A stretch of DNA of 64,000 nucleotides from Octopus sinensis (taxonomy: Eukaryota): NCBI RefSeq assembly GCF_006345805.1, contig NC_043000.1:89466001-89530000 (forward strand), read 5' to 3'. The notes under the pieces were generated by a model. That model had not been told where the DNA came from. It searched no databases and saw only the letters and a program-made list of their open reading frames with translations. The translations under genes and the position numbers were made by a program. Shown one piece after another: positions 61,900 through 64,000 of this stretch (within the stretch, counting starts at the first letter, position 1; each line of letters begins with the position of its first letter).

Positions 61900-62600
61900 A
61901 TCATAGAGACTTTGTTAGAATCTAAACATTTGGAACGGTCCAATGTGCTGCCATTTCCGTCAGAGATATTCCACATCGCATGCGAAAGTACCGTACATAC
62001 TTCCAAGTTGTACTCAATTGCGACTTTTGTTTATATAATCTCTCCAAAGATGAGATCACGGTAAGTCATCACTGAATATTCGAGTGAACTGATAGATTCC
62101 GTTTTAAGAAATCTTTCGATAAGCTAGTCAAGCTCAGTCGCTTAATCAAGATAAAAAAAATCAGTTCCGTAGCTCTAACAAAATACGTTTATTTAACGAG
62201 TGAATAAGATTACCACACAATTATTCATAATTCGAATCCTTTAGTCACGATTTAGAGCCAAATTTACATTCATTTTAAAATGTTCTATCGTATCATCGAG
62301 CAAATTTTGCAAGCTTATTTTAAAATTCAATAATTTGCGATTACTGATCGTCAAAATCAACGAAAAAATCATCTCATATTTGCATATCTAGTGAAAATTG
62401 TTGGCAAATTTGCAAGCTTAACAAGTCCAATCATAGTTTTGGAATTTATCTGATGCCAAGTATTGCTCTGAGATAAATTACGCATTTCTATCATTAACAT
62501 AAAATCTATGTAAGCAAATCTTGAGTGTCATTACCTTTACAGATGGCATATAATGATCAGAATGTTGAACTCAGCTGTAAGCTTCATATGGACAATTGAA
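61900..62600 (-). pseudogene. Possible decayed hAT transposase C-terminus
   Basis: Scattered matches only (SMYGTFACD resembles the SMFGSTY.CE dimerisation motif), with many stops. Confidence 0.25.
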
Positions 62601-62657
62601 TGAAATTAAGAATTCAAAGGCTGAAATCCAGTCGCATATATATAGGGATATCACGTG

Positions 62658-62717
<60 letters not shown>

Positions 62718-62930
62718 TAAGGCGGTGAAATGACTGAATCGTTAACACGCCAGACAAAATGCCTAGCGGCATTTCGTTCCTCTTTACGTTCTCAGTTCAA
62801 ATATCCCCTAAGTCGATTTTGTCTTTCGTTCTTTCATGATGAATAAAATAAATACTATTTGAGCATTTGGGTCGATGTAATCAGCTAGTCTCCTCCACTA
62901 AAATTTCAGGTCTTGTTTCTCTAGAAGGAA
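62718..62930 (+). mobile_element. Group-1 SINE (tail b) directly after (TTA)n
   Basis: AAGGCGGTGAAATGACTGAATCGTTAACACGCC head and TCAGTTCAAAT B-box. Confidence 0.8.
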
Positions 62931-62952
62931 GGTTTTATGGGTTTTTGTTAGG

Positions 62953-62991
<39 letters not shown>

Positions 62992-64000
62992 TGTGCACAA
63001 CAGGACAAACGATTGATTCAGTACAGCAGAATCTTACTGATATACATGCCAGTTATTTTAGCAGTGCTATAATTGCTTTTCACCACAACCCAAAATAACT
63101 TAGAAAATCAAATATAAAGATTAGTTCTGTGAGCCATTGAAAATATTGCATTATAAATTCAGAAGCAATGCTCTTGCGAATGTGTTCGTTCATGTGTACC
63201 ATGCCGATACAGCGACAAACGTTTGGAGCAACTAATAGAAAGATTTTATTCGAAAATGGCGAAATACTTGACATTTCTCTAATGAATATTTATAAAGTGC
63301 GCACGTACACGTAATTACAGCTGTATCAGCTATATACACGATAAGATATATTGATTCCTGCATGTACACATATCAATAATAGACGTTGTAAGTGCAGATG
63401 TAATTATCTTCTTATTTGTATGGACATACACGGAGAATTTTACATACATACGTGTGTTCCTCTATGTATGCGTTCTACTAGCATGGCCACAGTCAAATGA
63501 CTGAAACAAGTAAAAGAGTAAAGAGTATATATATGTATAGACATGCATATGTATAATACATGTTTAGTAAAACACGTACATACGGAAACACACACACACA
63601 TACACACACACATATATATATATATACAAAACATATATATATAAATGCGGCAGTGGAGACACTTGGTCATTCTTAAGGTTGTTCCTCCAGTTTGTAGCCA
63701 AAGCTTGATTTACACTGCCAATATAGTGCTCTCAGTCCCTTTTTCCAGTTAGCACCACTGTTTTTCAGCAACATTATTTGTGGCCACGTGGAGCTTATTG
63801 TGTAGTCCCTTGTTGCGCAATTCTTCTTCATGTTATTTCTTTACTTCTTGTTTTGGTTCTCCATTTTTTCTGCTTCCAATACGCCCTCATTCCTTTCTAT
63901 GGGATAGGTATATCAGTAAGCTCCAGAGATCGGTATGTACGCAGTTTTCCAAATTTATCAGTCCCACTCCTCTATATTTCATATAAAATAATAATGAAAT

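Noticed and set aside
13700-63700. Many ORFs rich in Y/I/H/T/C/V/M/N/L
   Set aside because: They are translations of (TA)n, (CA)n, (CATA)n, (TAA)n and (GA)n microsatellites.

Overview
This is AT-rich eukaryotic DNA packed with microsatellites and transposable elements. It is most likely intronic or intergenic sequence from an octopus-like cephalopod, inferred from the tRNA-derived SINE families and microsatellite load; no database check was possible. I find no intact protein-coding gene, rRNA, true tRNA or CRISPR array, only one weak candidate host exon at 5689-5868. Nearly all long ORFs are transposon remnants or translated microsatellites. Elements present: several R4/Dong-type non-LTR retrotransposons (RT plus restriction-like endonuclease, RLE) stacked in (TAA)n tracts; two Tx1/L1-like 3' fragments in microsatellites; RTE-type fragments; about 25 copies of two tRNA-SINE groups; Tc1, mariner, maT and pogo relics; a TA-flanked MITE; two non-autonomous Helitrons; and Penelope-like relics with minimal hammerhead ribozyme motifs. 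Best leads: (1) a covarying stem with a CUUGU loop followed by GAAA, shared by the Tx1-like 3' ends and three different tails of one SINE, suggesting a Tx1-LINE/SINE partnership; (2) an in-register array in which that SINE appears to insert into itself; (3) one apparently intact and several decayed hammerheads with palindromic stem III, plus a covarying hammerhead-like fold lacking GAAA; (4) long hairpins and local templated duplications. All alignments and folds were done by eye. Some duplications and frameshifts could be assembly artefacts.
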